A DNA stretch of 64,000 nucleotides from an uncultured Candidatus Binatia bacterium (lineage in GTDB: Bacteria > Desulfobacterota > Binatia > UBA9968 > JAJDTQ01): NCBI GenBank assembly GCA_964291295.2, contig OZ219754.1, forward strand, positions 1,600,001 through 1,664,000, in the 5' to 3' direction. Position numbers and translations under genes: made by a program. Below the pieces are notes generated by a model that searched no databases, was not told the DNA's origin, and saw nothing but the letters and a program-made list of their open reading frames with translations. Positions 29,333 through 40,746 of this stretch are shown piece by piece (the stretch's first letter is position 1; the number at the start of each line of letters is the position of its first letter).

Positions 29333-31882
29333 TCAAAACGCTTCATTTAGGCCTGAAGGCGGGTGAATGTCAAGAAAGCGGGCACCCGGAGCCTTCCCGC
29401 AGCGCTCCTTCAGGTACCGTCCGGTGGCGGAGCCGGCCACCTCCATGACCTCCCGGGGCGTGCCCGCGGCCACCACGTAGCCGCCGTTCTCGCCGCCCTC
29501 GGGACCGAGATCCACGAGGTAGTCGGCGCACCTCAGGAAATCCGGGTTGTGCTCGATGGCGATGACGGTATGACCGGATGCCACCAGCCGGTCCAGGATC
29601 TCCACCAGCCGGCCGACTTCTTCGAAGTGAAGCCCGGTCGTGGGTTCGTCGAAGAGGTACAGTGCCCGGCCGCCGACGCTCTTGCCCAACTCCCGGGCCA
29701 GCTTGACGCGCTGCGCCTCGCCGCCGGAAAGGGTCGTGGCCGGCTGCCCCAGCCGAAGATAGCCCAGGCCCACCTGCCACAGGCTTTCCAGCCGCTGCCG
29801 CACCGGCGGCACGTTGCTCAGGAAGTCGAGTGCTTCGGCGACGGTCAGGTCGAGGACATCCGCGATGCTGGCGCCCTTGTAGAGGATCTCCAGGGTCTCC
29901 CGGTTGTACCGCCGTCCGCCGCAGACGTCGCAGGTCACCGACACGTCCGGGAGGAACTGCATCGCGATATCCACCTGGCCGGTGCCGAGGCAGGCCTCGC
30001 AGCGGCCGCCCGCGGCGTTGCAGGAGAAACGTCCGGGGCCATAGCCGCGCAGGCGGGCGTCCGGCAGGCGCGCGAAGAGGTTTCGCAGCGGGTCGAAGAG
30101 TCCCGCGTAGGTGGCGGGGGTGGAGCGGCTGCTGCGCCCGATGGAACCCTGGTCCACGTAGAGAACCCGATCGAAGGCGTCGAGCCCGGTGGTCTCGAGG
30201 ATCCCCGCCCCGGCCTTGGCGGGCGCCGCGGCGTTCCGCCGTCGTGCCCGTGCGTAGAGGGTGTCCACCACGAGGCTGCTCTTGCCGGAACCCGAGACTC
30301 CGGTGACGCAGGTCATGAGTCCGATGGGGAAGTCCACGTCGATGTGCTTGAGGTTGTGGCGCGCCGCGCGCCGGAGGGAAAGGGTGCCGGATCGTGTCCG
30401 CGGCGTCCGGATGGAAGCGCCGGCGCCATCGGCCAGCCAGGGTCCGGTGCGGGAAGCGGGGCTGCGGCGGACCTGGTCCACGCTTCCGGCGGCCAGTACC
30501 TCGCCGCCTGCCGCGCCGGCTCCCGGACCCATGTCGATGACGTGGTCGGCCGCCAGGATCACGTCCCGGTCGTGTTCCACCACCAGGACGGTGTTGCCCG
30601 CATCCCTCAGTTCGCGCAGGATGTCGAGAAGCCGGGCGGTGTCCTTGGGGTGGAGTCCTGCCGTGGGTTCGTCGAGCACATAGATGACCCCCGACAGGCG
30701 GGCGCCGATGTGAGCCGCCAGCCGGATTCTCTGGCATTCGCCGCCCGACAGACTGTCGGAGGACCTGTCCAGGGAGAGATATCCCAGTTCGAGCTCCAGC
30801 AGGGTGGCGGTGCGTTCCCGTATCTCCCGGAGGATGTTTCCGGCAAGCACGCGCTCGCGCTCGTCGAGGGAGACCTCCTCGATGAAACGGTGGAAGCCGC
30901 TCAGGGGCAGCGCCGATACCTCCGCGATGTTCAGGCCGTCGATGCGCACCCGGAGGCTGTCGCTCCGGAGTCGGGCACCGGCGCACTTCGGGCAGGACCG
31001 CCGGGCCGCGTCCGGTGCCGGAGCGCGGCCCGGGCGGGTGCCGAGGCCGTCGCAGGCGTCGCAGGCACCGTGCGGACTGTTGAAGGAAAAGAGTTGCGGC
31101 ACGCAGGGGCGGGACGGCGTACCGCAGTCCAGGCAGGCGGACCGTTGCGTGTAGCGGCGGGACTCCGGCGCGGGGACCGCGTGCAGGTCGATCTTCACCA
31201 CCCCGGTCCCGTGCTTCAGCGCCACCTCGATGGAGTCGGCCAGCCGCTTGGCGGCCCCCTCCCGTATCACCAGCCGGTCCACCACCAGGTCCGCCCGCTC
31301 GGGCGGCTCCGCGCCGGAGAGGTCCTCCAGTTCCCGAATCTCCCGATTCACCTTGATGCGCACGAACCCGGCCCGGATCATGCTCTTGATCTCTTCCCGG
31401 TACCGGTCCGGGTCGCCGCATCGAAGGGGCGCCAGCACCTCGATGCGGGTGCCGGAGGGGAGGTGCCACAGGTCGTCGACCATCTGCTGCACCGTGTGCA
31501 CCGTGATGGCCTGGCCGCAGCGCCCGCAGTGGGGCCGTCCCACGTGGGTGAACAGCAGCCGCAGGTGATCGTGTATCTCCGTCAGCGTCCCTACCGTGGA
31601 GCGGGGGTTCTCGTGGAAGCGGCGTTGGGGGACGGCGATGGCCGGCGAGAGCCCCTGAATGGAGTCCACGTCCGCGCGCGCCAACGGATTCAGGAGCTGG
31701 CGCGCGTAGGTGGACAGGGATTGCATGTAGTGCCGCTGTCCCTCGGCGTAGACCGTGTCGAACGCCAGCGACGACTTGCCCGAGCCGGAGACCCCGGTGA
31801 TCACCACCAGCTTGTCGCGGGGAATCGCGACGTCGACGTTCTTGAGGTTGTGGACGCGAGTGCCCCGGATGACGATGTTCAT
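29333..31882 (-). CDS. uvrA: Excinuclease ABC subunit A (short form, about 849 aa)
   Basis: HNLKNVDV, two [10 protein letters not shown] Walker A motifs, two LSGGE signatures, [14 protein letters not shown], zinc fingers. Confidence 0.92.
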   Translation of the reverse strand: MNIVIRGTRVHNLKNVDVAIPRDKLVVITGVSGSGKSSLAFDTVYAEGQRHYMQSLSTYARQLLNPLARADVDSIQGLSPAIAVPQRRFHENPRSTVGTLTEIHDHLRLLFTHVGRPHCGRCGQAITVHTVQQMVDDLWHLPSGTRIEVLAPLRCGDPDRYREEIKSMIRAGFVRIKVNREIRELEDLSGAEPPERADLVVDRLVIREGAAKRLADSIEVALKHGTGVVKIDLHAVPAPESRRYTQRSACLDCGTPSRPCVPQLFSFNSPHGACDACDGLGTRPGRAPAPDAARRSCPKCAGARLRSDSLRVRIDGLNIAEVSALPLSGFHRFIEEVSLDERERVLAGNILREIRERTATLLELELGYLSLDRSSDSLSGGECQRIRLAAHIGARLSGVIYVLDEPTAGLHPKDTARLLDILRELRDAGNTVLVVEHDRDVILAADHVIDMGPGAGAAGGEVLAAGSVDQVRRSPASRTGPWLADGAGASIRTPRTRSGTLSLRRAARHNLKHIDVDFPIGLMTCVTGVSGSGKSSLVVDTLYARARRRNAAAPAKAGAGILETTGLDAFDRVLYVDQGSIGRSSRSTPATYAGLFDPLRNLFARLPDARLRGYGPGRFSCNAAGGRCEACLGTGQVDIAMQFLPDVSVTCDVCGGRRYNRETLEILYKGASIADVLDLTVAEALDFLSNVPPVRQRLESLWQVGLGYLRLGQPATTLSGGEAQRVKLARELGKSVGGRALYLFDEPTTGLHFEEVGRLVEILDRLVASGHTVIAIEHNPDFLRCADYLVDLGPEGGENGGYVVAAGTPREVMEVAGSATGRYLKERCGKAPGARFLDIHPPSGLNEAF

Positions 31883-32910
31883 GCCCGTCCGTCGTTCCCG
31901 GGGGAGCGCGGGGCGGGTGTGGCCGGCGGCATGCCCCTCCGCCGCGCCAACGCCGCAGCCAGCAGGATCGCCTGCTTCATGCTGCGGGCGTCGGCCACGC
32001 CCTTGCCGGCGATGTCGTAGGCGGTGCCGTGGTCTGCCGAGGTCCTGATGAGCGGCAGGCCCAGGGTGAGATTGACGCCGTCGGTGAAGTGCAGCAGCTT
32101 GAACGGCCCGAGCCCCTGATCGTGGTACATGCAGATGACGGCATCGAACTCCCCGGCCGCGGCGCGATAAAACAGGCTGTCCGCGGGAACGGGGCCGGAA
32201 ACGTCCACTCCCTGCCGCCGGCAGTCGCGTACCGCGGGCCGGACCACTTGGCGTTCTTCTTGTCCGAACATGCCGTCCTCGCCGCCGTGCGGGTTCAGGG
32301 CGGCCACCGCCAACCGCGGACGCGCCAGGCCGAAGCACTGTTGCAGCGAACCATGGGCGACCTCGATGGTGGCGCGGACCCGCTTGCGGGTCAGCGCCGC
32401 GGTCACTTCCGCCAGCGGCAGATGCACCGTCGCCAGCACCACCTTGAGGCGCCGCCCGTAGAGCATCATGCGGACCTCCCGCGCGCCGGCAAGGTCCGCC
32501 AGCAGCTCGGTGTGTCCGGGCCAGGCGTGGCCGGCGTCGTTCAGTGCCTTCTTGCGGATGGGTGCCGTCGCCAGGGCGTCGGCGGCGCCGGTGCGGACGA
32601 GATCCACCGCCCGGAGGATGTAACGGTACGAAGCGTCGCCGCCGGCCCGGGTTGCGCGGCCGGGGCGCCTGGCCCCGGGCCGGAGGTGCGTGACGGATTC
32701 CACCCGGACAGGAGCCGTGTCCACGGCCTGCGCGCAAGGTTCGAGGCGGGGCCAGCGGGGCGCGCGGCAGTGTTCAAGCGATGGCGCGTCACCGACGATC
32801 ACCACGCGGCAGGCCCGCCGCACCGCGCCATCCCGGGCGGCCTTGACCACCACCTCGGGTCCGATGCCCGATGGATCGCCCATGGTTACGGCCACGACGG
32901 GTCTGGACAT
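31879..32910 (-). CDS. pdxA: 4-hydroxythreonine-4-phosphate dehydrogenase PdxA
   Basis: [38 protein letters not shown]. Confidence 0.94.
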   Translation of the reverse strand: MSRPVVAVTMGDPSGIGPEVVVKAARDGAVRRACRVVIVGDAPSLEHCRAPRWPRLEPCAQAVDTAPVRVESVTHLRPGARRPGRATRAGGDASYRYILRAVDLVRTGAADALATAPIRKKALNDAGHAWPGHTELLADLAGAREVRMMLYGRRLKVVLATVHLPLAEVTAALTRKRVRATIEVAHGSLQQCFGLARPRLAVAALNPHGGEDGMFGQEERQVVRPAVRDCRRQGVDVSGPVPADSLFYRAAAGEFDAVICMYHDQGLGPFKLLHFTDGVNLTLGLPLIRTSADHGTAYDIAGKGVADARSMKQAILLAAALARRRGMPPATPAPRSPGNDGRA

Positions 32911-32939
32911 GGCGATGGGTGGCGGGAACCGGCGGCCGG

Positions 32940-34226
32940 CTACTGCGCGGGTGCGTCGCCTTCGAAAGACTCGTCCAGGGGTACGTCATCGTCATCGCCG
33001 ACGTCGGTGGTGAACAGCGGTATCCCGAACAGCTTGACCCGCTTGCGGTCGCCCACCGCTCCCGACGTGTCGCGCAGGATCTCTTCGTCGTAGATGTAGG
33101 TCAACGGGTTGAGGTAGTGCAGGAAACTCTTGTCTTCCGGGTCTTCGGTGGCCGAGGCCATCAGGCTGCCGACCGTGCCGCGCTCGGCCTGCTGCGCCTC
33201 GAAGGCGTAGCCGTCCAGCTTGACCTCCACGCGGTGCTTCTTGCGCAGGTCGGTCTTCAGCCACTTGGCGAACCTTTCCTGGAGCGTCTTGCCGTAGAGT
33301 TCGTCCCGCACCTTTTCCCAGACCGTGTCGAACGCCAGCCGCTCCCCGCCTTGCCGGTCCTCCGCCCTGATCACGTGGTATCCCAGGCGGGAGCGGACCG
33401 GTTGGCTGAGCGCTCCCTTCTTCAGGGTGGCGGCGACCCGCGCGAGCGAATCGGGCAGGCTCCCGGGTCGGACCCAACCGATATCGCCGCCCTCGCTCGC
33501 TCCCGAGCCCTCGGACTCGGCGCGCGCCAATGCGGCGAAGTCGGCCCCCTCGACCACCTGCCGGCGCAACGCTTCGATGCGCGACCTGACGGACTGTTCC
33601 CGCTCGGAAGCGGCGCCCTCGTCCAGTGCCAGCATGAGGTGGCGGAGACGCACCTGGAGTTCGGTCCGATACAAATCCGGGTTGGCGTCGTAGTAGCGCC
33701 GCGCGTCCTGCCGGGTGACGTGAACCCTTTGCCTGACGTTGCGCTGGATCAGTTCGTCCTGTTCGATGCGGCGGCGCACCTCGTCGCGGTACTGGGCGGA
33801 GGTCTTGCCGTCCCTCCTCAACAGCGCGTCGAACTCCGCGGGGGTCAGATCGTTCCGTTCCCTGACGGAGCGGATGTGCTTGTCGATGTCCGCGTCACGC
33901 ACGCGGATGCCGCCGTTCCGGACTTCGGTCCGGATGAGTTCATGGGTGATGAACTCCTCCACCCACTGCTCGGGCACCTGTCCCGCGGTCAACGCATCGA
34001 TCTGGACGTCCTGGTTCAGCCGGGTTCGGGCGAACTCCCGGAGGTCCGAGAAGGTGTGCGGATCGCCGTTGACCACCACGACGATCTTCTCCACCACACT
34101 TCCGGGAGACGGTCCGGGGAAGCCCGCCAGCAGGGCGGCCAAGGTCAGCAGGGCGGCCAAGGCCGGGACGGCGGCCGCGGACAGGCCGCGCCGCACGCCG
34201 AGAGTGGATATCGCAAACCGCTTCAT
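32940..34226 (-). CDS. surA: SurA-like periplasmic chaperone / parvulin peptidylprolyl isomerase
   Basis: Signal-like N-terminus, VVEKIVVVVNG, FAALARAESE..GGDIGW, SRLGYHVI; located between mfd and pdxA. Confidence 0.85.
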   Translation of the reverse strand: MKRFAISTLGVRRGLSAAAVPALAALLTLAALLAGFPGPSPGSVVEKIVVVVNGDPHTFSDLREFARTRLNQDVQIDALTAGQVPEQWVEEFITHELIRTEVRNGGIRVRDADIDKHIRSVRERNDLTPAEFDALLRRDGKTSAQYRDEVRRRIEQDELIQRNVRQRVHVTRQDARRYYDANPDLYRTELQVRLRHLMLALDEGAASEREQSVRSRIEALRRQVVEGADFAALARAESEGSGASEGGDIGWVRPGSLPDSLARVAATLKKGALSQPVRSRLGYHVIRAEDRQGGERLAFDTVWEKVRDELYGKTLQERFAKWLKTDLRKKHRVEVKLDGYAFEAQQAERGTVGSLMASATEDPEDKSFLHYLNPLTYIYDEEILRDTSGAVGDRKRVKLFGIPLFTTDVGDDDDVPLDESFEGDAPAQ

Positions 34227-34259
34227 GGGACGTTCCTTTGTTGGAACCACAATACCTTC

Positions 34260-37200
34260 CTAGCAGAGCGCGTGCAATAATTCGCAAGCCTCGTCGATCA
34301 GCGCGGGCCAAGCGGTATGGTCCGGGCTGAAGGACAGGTGTCCTTCCGGCGAGAACCGAAAACGCCGGTGATCTTCCTTCGCAAGAGCGAGCAGCCGCTC
34401 CACGTTGAGCGTGGAGGTGGCGTGGAAGGTCAGCGACAGGCGCCCGCCCTGGTAGATGATCCGGGTTCCCAGCGAGCGGATGAGGGCGCGCCGGAGTTCC
34501 ATGACCCTGAAGAGATTCTCCACCACCTCCGGGTGGTTCCCGTATCGGTCACGCAGCTCGTCCCGGATCTCCGTCAGTTGCTCCGGCGTCTCCAGGTTGG
34601 CCAGGCGCTTGTAGAACAGCAGCCGCTGATTGGCGCTGGGAATGTAATCGTCCGGCAGGTAGGCGGGGATGCCCAGGCGGATCTCCGGCTCGACGCGAAC
34701 CCGGTGCGCTTCCCCCTTGAGCTCGCGAAGGGTCTCTTCCATCATCTGGGTGTAGAGTTCGAAGCCTACCGCCGCGATCTGGCCCGATTGCTCGCGCCCC
34801 AGCAGATTGCCGGCGCCGCGGATCTCCAGGTCGTGCAGCGCAAGCTTGAAACCGCTCCCCAGTTCGTCCAGCTCCTGCAGCGCCCGCAGCCGTTTCTCGG
34901 CGTCCTTGGTCACGGTGCCGCTCTCGGGCAGCAGCAGGTAGGCGTAGGCGCGCCGTGACGAGCGCCCCACCCGGCCCCGCAGCTGGTAGAGTTGGGCGAG
35001 ACCGAACCGGTCGGCGCGGTTGATGAGGATGGTGTTGGCGTTGGGATAGTCCAGGCCGGACTCGATGATGGCGGAGCACACCAGGACCTGGGCCTCGTTC
35101 TCCTGGAACCGGGCCATGTTCTTCTTGATCTCGCCGGGGGTCATCTGTCCGTGGGCCACGGTGACCCGGGCCTCGGGCACCAGGTCCATGATCTTCCGGC
35201 CCATGCGCTGGATGTTCTCCACCCGGTTGTGCAGGAAGAATACCTGCCCGTCGCGGTGGAGTTCCCGCAGGATGGCGTCGCGGATCACGCCTTCGTCGTA
35301 ACGCGTGACATAGGTCCGGACGGCCAGCCTGTTGGGCGGCGGCGTCTCGATGACGCTCAGGTCGCGGATGCCCGACAGCGACATGTGCAGGGTTCGCGGA
35401 ATGGGCGTGGCGGTGAGGCTCATGACGTCCACGGTGTGGCGAAGCTTCTTGAGCTTCTCCTTGTGGCCCACGCCGAAGCGGTGCTCCTCGTCCACCACCA
35501 CCAGTCCCAGATCCTTGAAATTCACGTCGCTCTGCAGCAGCCGGTGCGTGCCGATGACGATGTCGATGAGCCCGCCGGCCAGGTCCTTGAGCGACTGTTG
35601 CACGGTCTTGCCGGTGACGAAGCGGCTCAGGCTCTCCACCCGCACCGGATAGGGTTCGAAGCGGGCGCGGAAGGTCTCCAGGTGCTGCTGCGCCAGGATG
35701 GTGGTGGGGGCAAGCACGGCCACCTGCCGGCCGTCCATCACCGCCATGAAAGCCGCGCGCATGGCCACCTCGGTCTTGCCGTAACCCACGTCGCCGCAGA
35801 TGAGCCGATCCATGGGCTTGCTACGGGTCAGGTCCTGGAGGGTCTCGGTGATGGCCTGCTCCTGGTCGGGCGTCTCGTCGTACTCGAATGCGGCCTCGAA
35901 CTCCCGGTACGCCTGATCCGGGGGCGGGAAACCGTGGCCCTGGTGCAACTCCCGCGAGGCATGGACCCGCAGCAGCTCCTTGGCCATGGCCACGATGGAC
36001 TTGCGCGTCCGGTCCTTGAGCTTGAGCCAGGAGGTGCCGCCCAGCCGGTCCAGGACCGGGGCGGCGCCGTCCGCGCCGATGAACTTCTGCACCAGGTTGA
36101 TGCGGTCGATGGGCAGATAGAAGCGGTCGCCTCCCTGGTACTCCAGGTGCAGGAACTCGCCTTCGGTGTCCGCCACCTTGAGGTACTTGAGCCCGCGATA
36201 GATGCCGATGCCCTGGTCCAGGTGCACCACCACATCGTCCTGCCGGAGCTCGCTCAGGCTGGTGATGAAGTGGCCCGGCGCCTCCCGCCTTCGGACCGCG
36301 CGGTCGCGCTTGCGGCGGCCCCACAGCTCTTCGAGGGTAATGAGGATCAGCCCCTCGTCGGGGAGCCGCACTCCCTGTGTCAGGGCGCCCAGCAGGATCG
36401 CGGGGCCGTTGGCGGGGTTGCCCATGACTTCATGGAAGGGTTGCGCCGACAGCGGCAGCTCCACGTCGTAGTAGGCCAACAGTTGTTGCAGCCGTTGCGC
36501 GTCGGCGGGATGGCCGCCCACGAACAGCACCCGCTGGCCGCGCCACCGTTTCAGGTGTTCCACCAGGGGTGCCAGGGAGCGTTCCGACCCCTGCTGCGTG
36601 GTGAGGGCGCTGTGCAGGTCGGCGTTGCCATGGGAGCGCACCGAAAGCGCCGACGAGGATCCCTCCGGGGGCGCGAGGACATCCAGGCTCTCGCCGTGGA
36701 TCTGCCGGAAGGCCGCGGCCTCGCCGCGCCAGCTGTCCGGGTCGAGATACACGGCTCCGGCGTGGGGATGGAACCGCCCCTCCGCCGCGGCCTTGGAAGC
36801 CCGTTGGGTCACGAGCGCGTCGAACTTCTCGAACTCTTCTTCCAGCCGGGTGGGCTGATCGTACCAGAGGATGGCGTTGCGCGGGAGGTGGGCGAGGATC
36901 GACGGCAACGGCCGCTCGTGAAAACAGGGCGCCAGGAATTCCATACCCGCGAAGCGCACGCCTTCGCGCACCGCCTCCAGCAACGCGCGCTTGTCCTTGC
37001 GGGCGAAACCCAGTTCGTCCGCACGCTCCTCGATGCGGATGAGGGTGTCCTGCGGGGTCTGCGGTCCGGAGGCGAACTCCCGGATGGGCAGAAGCCACAG
37101 CTCTCCGGGACGCGCCCGGGTGCGTTGCGTCCGGGCGTCGAACTGGCGTATGGAATCGATGCGGTCGCCGGCGAACTCCATTCGGAAGGGCCGCTCGCAG

Positions 37201-37760
37201 GCCGGCGGAAACAGGTCCACGATGCCGCCGCGCACGCTGAAGTCGCCCCGTTCCTCCACCAGAGGGGCGCGCGCGAAGCCCAGACGGGAGAGTTGCCCCA
37301 GCAACTGGTCCCGCTCCACTTCCTGGCCTTCGACAAAGTGCGCGGCGTGCAGGCTGCCTTGGGGCACCACGCGCTGCAGCACCGCGGCCGGGGTGGTGAC
37401 CAGGATCGGCGCGGACTGCCGGGCGAGCCGGTGGAGGCCCTCCATCCGGGCGGCCATCTGATCGGGGTGAGGCGACAGGCTCTCGAACGGCAGCACGTCC
37501 CAGCCCGGAAACAGCTGGAGCCGCCGTTCGAGGGGAGCGGAGCCGCCCTCTTCACCCAGGAAGAACGAAAGGTCGAGGAAAAGCCGTTCGGCCTCCTTCA
37601 CGGCAGGCGCCAGCAACACCAGCGGGCAGCGGATACGCCGGGCCGCCAGAAAGACGGCATAGGCCTGGGCGCTGCCGTGGAGGCCGGAGATCCGCTTTTC
37701 GCTGCACCACTCGTCGTTCAGCAGTTGCGAGATCTTGTCGTCGAGGGAAGGGGATGTCAC
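34260..37760 (-). CDS. mfd: Transcription-repair coupling factor Mfd
   Basis: RGGIVDLF, CGDVGYGKTEVA, DEEHRFGV, TATPIPRTL, QLRGRVGRS, DLEIRGAGNLLG. GTG start chosen from the GAGGT RBS. Confidence 0.96.
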   Translation of the reverse strand: MTSPSLDDKISQLLNDEWCSEKRISGLHGSAQAYAVFLAARRIRCPLVLLAPAVKEAERLFLDLSFFLGEEGGSAPLERRLQLFPGWDVLPFESLSPHPDQMAARMEGLHRLARQSAPILVTTPAAVLQRVVPQGSLHAAHFVEGQEVERDQLLGQLSRLGFARAPLVEERGDFSVRGGIVDLFPPACERPFRMEFAGDRIDSIRQFDARTQRTRARPGELWLLPIREFASGPQTPQDTLIRIEERADELGFARKDKRALLEAVREGVRFAGMEFLAPCFHERPLPSILAHLPRNAILWYDQPTRLEEEFEKFDALVTQRASKAAAEGRFHPHAGAVYLDPDSWRGEAAAFRQIHGESLDVLAPPEGSSSALSVRSHGNADLHSALTTQQGSERSLAPLVEHLKRWRGQRVLFVGGHPADAQRLQQLLAYYDVELPLSAQPFHEVMGNPANGPAILLGALTQGVRLPDEGLILITLEELWGRRKRDRAVRRREAPGHFITSLSELRQDDVVVHLDQGIGIYRGLKYLKVADTEGEFLHLEYQGGDRFYLPIDRINLVQKFIGADGAAPVLDRLGGTSWLKLKDRTRKSIVAMAKELLRVHASRELHQGHGFPPPDQAYREFEAAFEYDETPDQEQAITETLQDLTRSKPMDRLICGDVGYGKTEVAMRAAFMAVMDGRQVAVLAPTTILAQQHLETFRARFEPYPVRVESLSRFVTGKTVQQSLKDLAGGLIDIVIGTHRLLQSDVNFKDLGLVVVDEEHRFGVGHKEKLKKLRHTVDVMSLTATPIPRTLHMSLSGIRDLSVIETPPPNRLAVRTYVTRYDEGVIRDAILRELHRDGQVFFLHNRVENIQRMGRKIMDLVPEARVTVAHGQMTPGEIKKNMARFQENEAQVLVCSAIIESGLDYPNANTILINRADRFGLAQLYQLRGRVGRSSRRAYAYLLLPESGTVTKDAEKRLRALQELDELGSGFKLALHDLEIRGAGNLLGREQSGQIAAVGFELYTQMMEETLRELKGEAHRVRVEPEIRLGIPAYLPDDYIPSANQRLLFYKRLANLETPEQLTEIRDELRDRYGNHPEVVENLFRVMELRRALIRSLGTRIIYQGGRLSLTFHATSTLNVERLLALAKEDHRRFRFSPEGHLSFSPDHTAWPALIDEACELLHALC

Positions 37761-37990
37761 CAGGCCGGTTACCTCACGAGGAACGGTGAACCAGTGTAGC
37801 GGAAGGACGGCGGCAGCCGCAACGGAACCCCGGTGGATCCGGTGCATTCGGCGTGTTCGGGGCCGTGCGGGGCGAGCCGGGCGTCCTGCATGACTTCCGG
37901 CTCCTGGATTTCCGGTTCCTGGACTTCCCCGACACGGGTAGGTTACAGTGGCATTCTCCCGACACCCACACGGAAGAGGATCCACCCATC

Positions 37991-39670
37991 ATGGCGAAGA
38001 GGAGCCCGAGAAGCGCAAGGACGGTGCAGGCAGTGCCCGAAAGGGGCTATCCGGACCTCCATGAACATCTCCGCCGCCTGGACGACGCCGGCCTGCTGAT
38101 CCGGGTGGCGCGCCCGGTGGACAAGGACCAGGAGATGCATCCGCTGGTGCGCTGGCAGTTCCGCGGCGGGATCAGGGAGCGGGACCGCAAGGCGTTCCTC
38201 TTCGAGCAGCCGGTGGATGCAAAGGGGAAGCGCTACGACATCCCGGTGGCCGTCGGCGTGCTGGCCGCCAATCGACGGATCTATCGCATCGGCCTGGGGT
38301 GTGACGAGGACACGGACATCAATGCCCTGTGGAGCGAGGCCAGGGCGAATCCGCGGGAGCCGGTGGAGGTTCCGTCGTCGGCCGCGCCGGTGCACGAGGT
38401 GATCCTGTCGGGGGCGCAGCTCAAGGGCCGGGGCAAGGGCATGGACGGCATCCCGGTTCCCATCTCCACACCCGGCTGGGACAACGCGCCGTACGTGAGC
38501 GCGGCCCATTTCATCTCGCGCGACCCCGATCATGGCGGGCACAACATCGGCACCTATCGGGCCATGATCAAGGCCCGCGACCGGCTTGGTTGCAATCCGT
38601 CCATCGAGCTCGGGCAGGGCATCTATCGGCACTGGCTCAAATACCGGGAACGGGGCGAAAAGATGCCGGTGGCGCTGTGTATCGGCGGCGTGCCCGCCAT
38701 CTCCTACGTGGCGGCGCAGAAGCTTGCCTACGACCTCGACGAGTTCTCCGTGGCGGGAGGTCTGGTCAAGGCCCCCATCCGCGTCACCGAGGCCCGCACC
38801 GTGCCGGTGCGGGTGCCGGCGGACGCGGAGATCATCGTCGAGGGCTTCGTCAACACCGAGTGGCTGGAGCCCGAGGCACCCTTCGGCGAGTCCCACGGCC
38901 ACGTGAACCCAAAGGAGTACAATCCGTTCATGGAGGTCACCTGCATCACCCGGCGGCGTGACGCCATCCTCTGCTCCATCATCAGCCAAGTGACGCCGTC
39001 CGAGTCGAGCGTCATCAAGAAGATGGCGTACGAACCCCTCTACCTCGAACATCTGCGGGACGGCATCGGGGTGAAGAGCGTCCTTCGGGTGATGCTCCAC
39101 GAGCCCTTGACCGCCACCCAGAAGCTCACGGTGATACAGATGCGCCAGCCCGGTGCCGCGGAGGTGTGGCGCGCGCTCATGGGCGCGGTTGCGTTCCGTC
39201 CCTCCATGTCGAAGATCGTCATCGCGGTGGACGAGGACATCGATCCCGATAACCTCGACGCCGTGTTCTGGGCCATGGGCTACCGCTCCAGGCCGCACCG
39301 CGACGTCCAGATCATGCACGGCATGGACGTGGGCCACGCCCCCCGGCACGATACGCGCGGCTCCGCCGATGACTCGTGCCTGCTCTGGGACGCCACCCTC
39401 AAGGAGAAGCTGCCGCCCATCTCGCTGCCCACTCGGGAGTACATGGAGCGGGGCCGGAAACTCTGGGAGGAGCTGGGGCTGCCGGAACTGGAGCCCCAGT
39501 CGCCGTGGTTCGGTTACTCCCTGGGGGACTGGAACCCGGAACTGGAGCGGGAGGCGGCCTTGGCCACCCGCGGGGAGTACTGGAAGACCGGCGCGAAGAT
39601 CGCCCGCCAGCGCCGCTCCACGAAGGACCTCCTGCCCAACGAGTCATTCTACGGCGACGATGACGCGTAA
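37991..39670 (+). CDS. UbiD-family (prFMN-dependent) decarboxylase
   Basis: NIGTYR, VPADAEIIVEG, EAPFGESHG, KIVIAVDEDIDP. Confidence 0.9.
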   Translation: MAKRSPRSARTVQAVPERGYPDLHEHLRRLDDAGLLIRVARPVDKDQEMHPLVRWQFRGGIRERDRKAFLFEQPVDAKGKRYDIPVAVGVLAANRRIYRIGLGCDEDTDINALWSEARANPREPVEVPSSAAPVHEVILSGAQLKGRGKGMDGIPVPISTPGWDNAPYVSAAHFISRDPDHGGHNIGTYRAMIKARDRLGCNPSIELGQGIYRHWLKYRERGEKMPVALCIGGVPAISYVAAQKLAYDLDEFSVAGGLVKAPIRVTEARTVPVRVPADAEIIVEGFVNTEWLEPEAPFGESHGHVNPKEYNPFMEVTCITRRRDAILCSIISQVTPSESSVIKKMAYEPLYLEHLRDGIGVKSVLRVMLHEPLTATQKLTVIQMRQPGAAEVWRALMGAVAFRPSMSKIVIAVDEDIDPDNLDAVFWAMGYRSRPHRDVQIMHGMDVGHAPRHDTRGSADDSCLLWDATLKEKLPPISLPTREYMERGRKLWEELGLPELEPQSPWFGYSLGDWNPELEREAALATRGEYWKTGAKIARQRRSTKDLLPNESFYGDDDA

Positions 39671-39769
39671 CAGGCCGGCGCAGCCCCGCCCGGTGCGTTC
39701 CCGCGTGGTCTGGGCGCGGCTTGCACGCGAGGGCCACGTTCGGGACAAGTGCCGAAAGGACCGTTGTCG

Positions 39770-40678
39770 ATGGACTACAAGACGCTCAAGTGGACCGTGC
39801 GCGACAACCCGTCGAGGCCGGGCGAGCCCTGCATCGGGGTCATCGCGCTGAGTCGTCCGGCGCAGCTCAACGCGGTGGATCCGCTGATGCGGCTGGAACT
39901 GGACGCCCTGTGCAACGAGATTGCGCGCAACTCCATCCTCAAGGTGGTGATCCTCACCGGCGAGGGGCGCGGCTTCTGCGCCGGCGGCGACCTCACGTCC
40001 GAGGGCGCCGTGCTGGGGGCGTTCGAGGGTTCCAGCGGCATCGAAGGCCCGTACAAGGAGCTGGCCGAGCATTTCCTGAACGATCTCCGGCACCGGGTGC
40101 TCCAGAGCGCCATGCGCAAGCTTGAGGACCTGCCGCAGCCCACCATCGCCGCGGTGAACGGCCCGGCCGTGGGTGTGGGGCTGGAAATGACCACGCTGTG
40201 CGACATGCGCATTGCCTCGGACCGGGCGCGCTTCGGCGAGGTGGCGGTGCCCGCGGGCTTTGTTCCGGAAAGTGGCGGCTCGCGCAATCTGCCCAAGCTC
40301 GTGGGCATCGGGCGGGCCATGCGCCTGATCCTCACGGGCGACATCATTGATGCGCCGGAGGCTCTGCGTATCGGCCTGGTGGACGAGGTGGTGCCGCACG
40401 ACGAACTGATGGGCGAGGTCTTTGCCCTGGCCGGCAGGATCGCGGCCAACCCGTATCTTTCGGTGCGGCAGGCCAAGCGCCTGGTCAAGATGTACTGGAA
40501 CTGGAACCGGACCGACGAAGGTTACCGCGAGGAGCTGGAGTCGGTGCTCGAGATCACCCGCACCAAGGATTGTCAGGAAGGCATGCGGGCGTTCAGGGAA
40601 AAGCGCCCACCCCGCTACACGTATCCTCATGACGCCGGTTGGCCGTTTCCCGAGAAGGGCGGAGGCGGGAAGGGGTGA
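39770..40678 (+). CDS. Enoyl-CoA hydratase/isomerase (crotonase) family protein
   Basis: LSRPAQLNA, FCAGGDL, IAAVNGPAVGVGLE, EGMRAFREKRPP. Confidence 0.92.
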   Translation: MDYKTLKWTVRDNPSRPGEPCIGVIALSRPAQLNAVDPLMRLELDALCNEIARNSILKVVILTGEGRGFCAGGDLTSEGAVLGAFEGSSGIEGPYKELAEHFLNDLRHRVLQSAMRKLEDLPQPTIAAVNGPAVGVGLEMTTLCDMRIASDRARFGEVAVPAGFVPESGGSRNLPKLVGIGRAMRLILTGDIIDAPEALRIGLVDEVVPHDELMGEVFALAGRIAANPYLSVRQAKRLVKMYWNWNRTDEGYREELESVLEITRTKDCQEGMRAFREKRPPRYTYPHDAGWPFPEKGGGGKG

Positions 40679-40746
40679 GCGACCCGGTGCCGGCCTCCCG
40701 AGGGCAACACTCCGGCGGCAGCGGAGACCCGGGGGCTGTGACGGCA

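Noticed and set aside
31882-32737. Apparent 285-aa N-terminal extension of UvrA (1134-aa ORF)
   Set aside because: It is an off-frame reading of pdxA; UvrA homology begins at MNIVIRG (31882).
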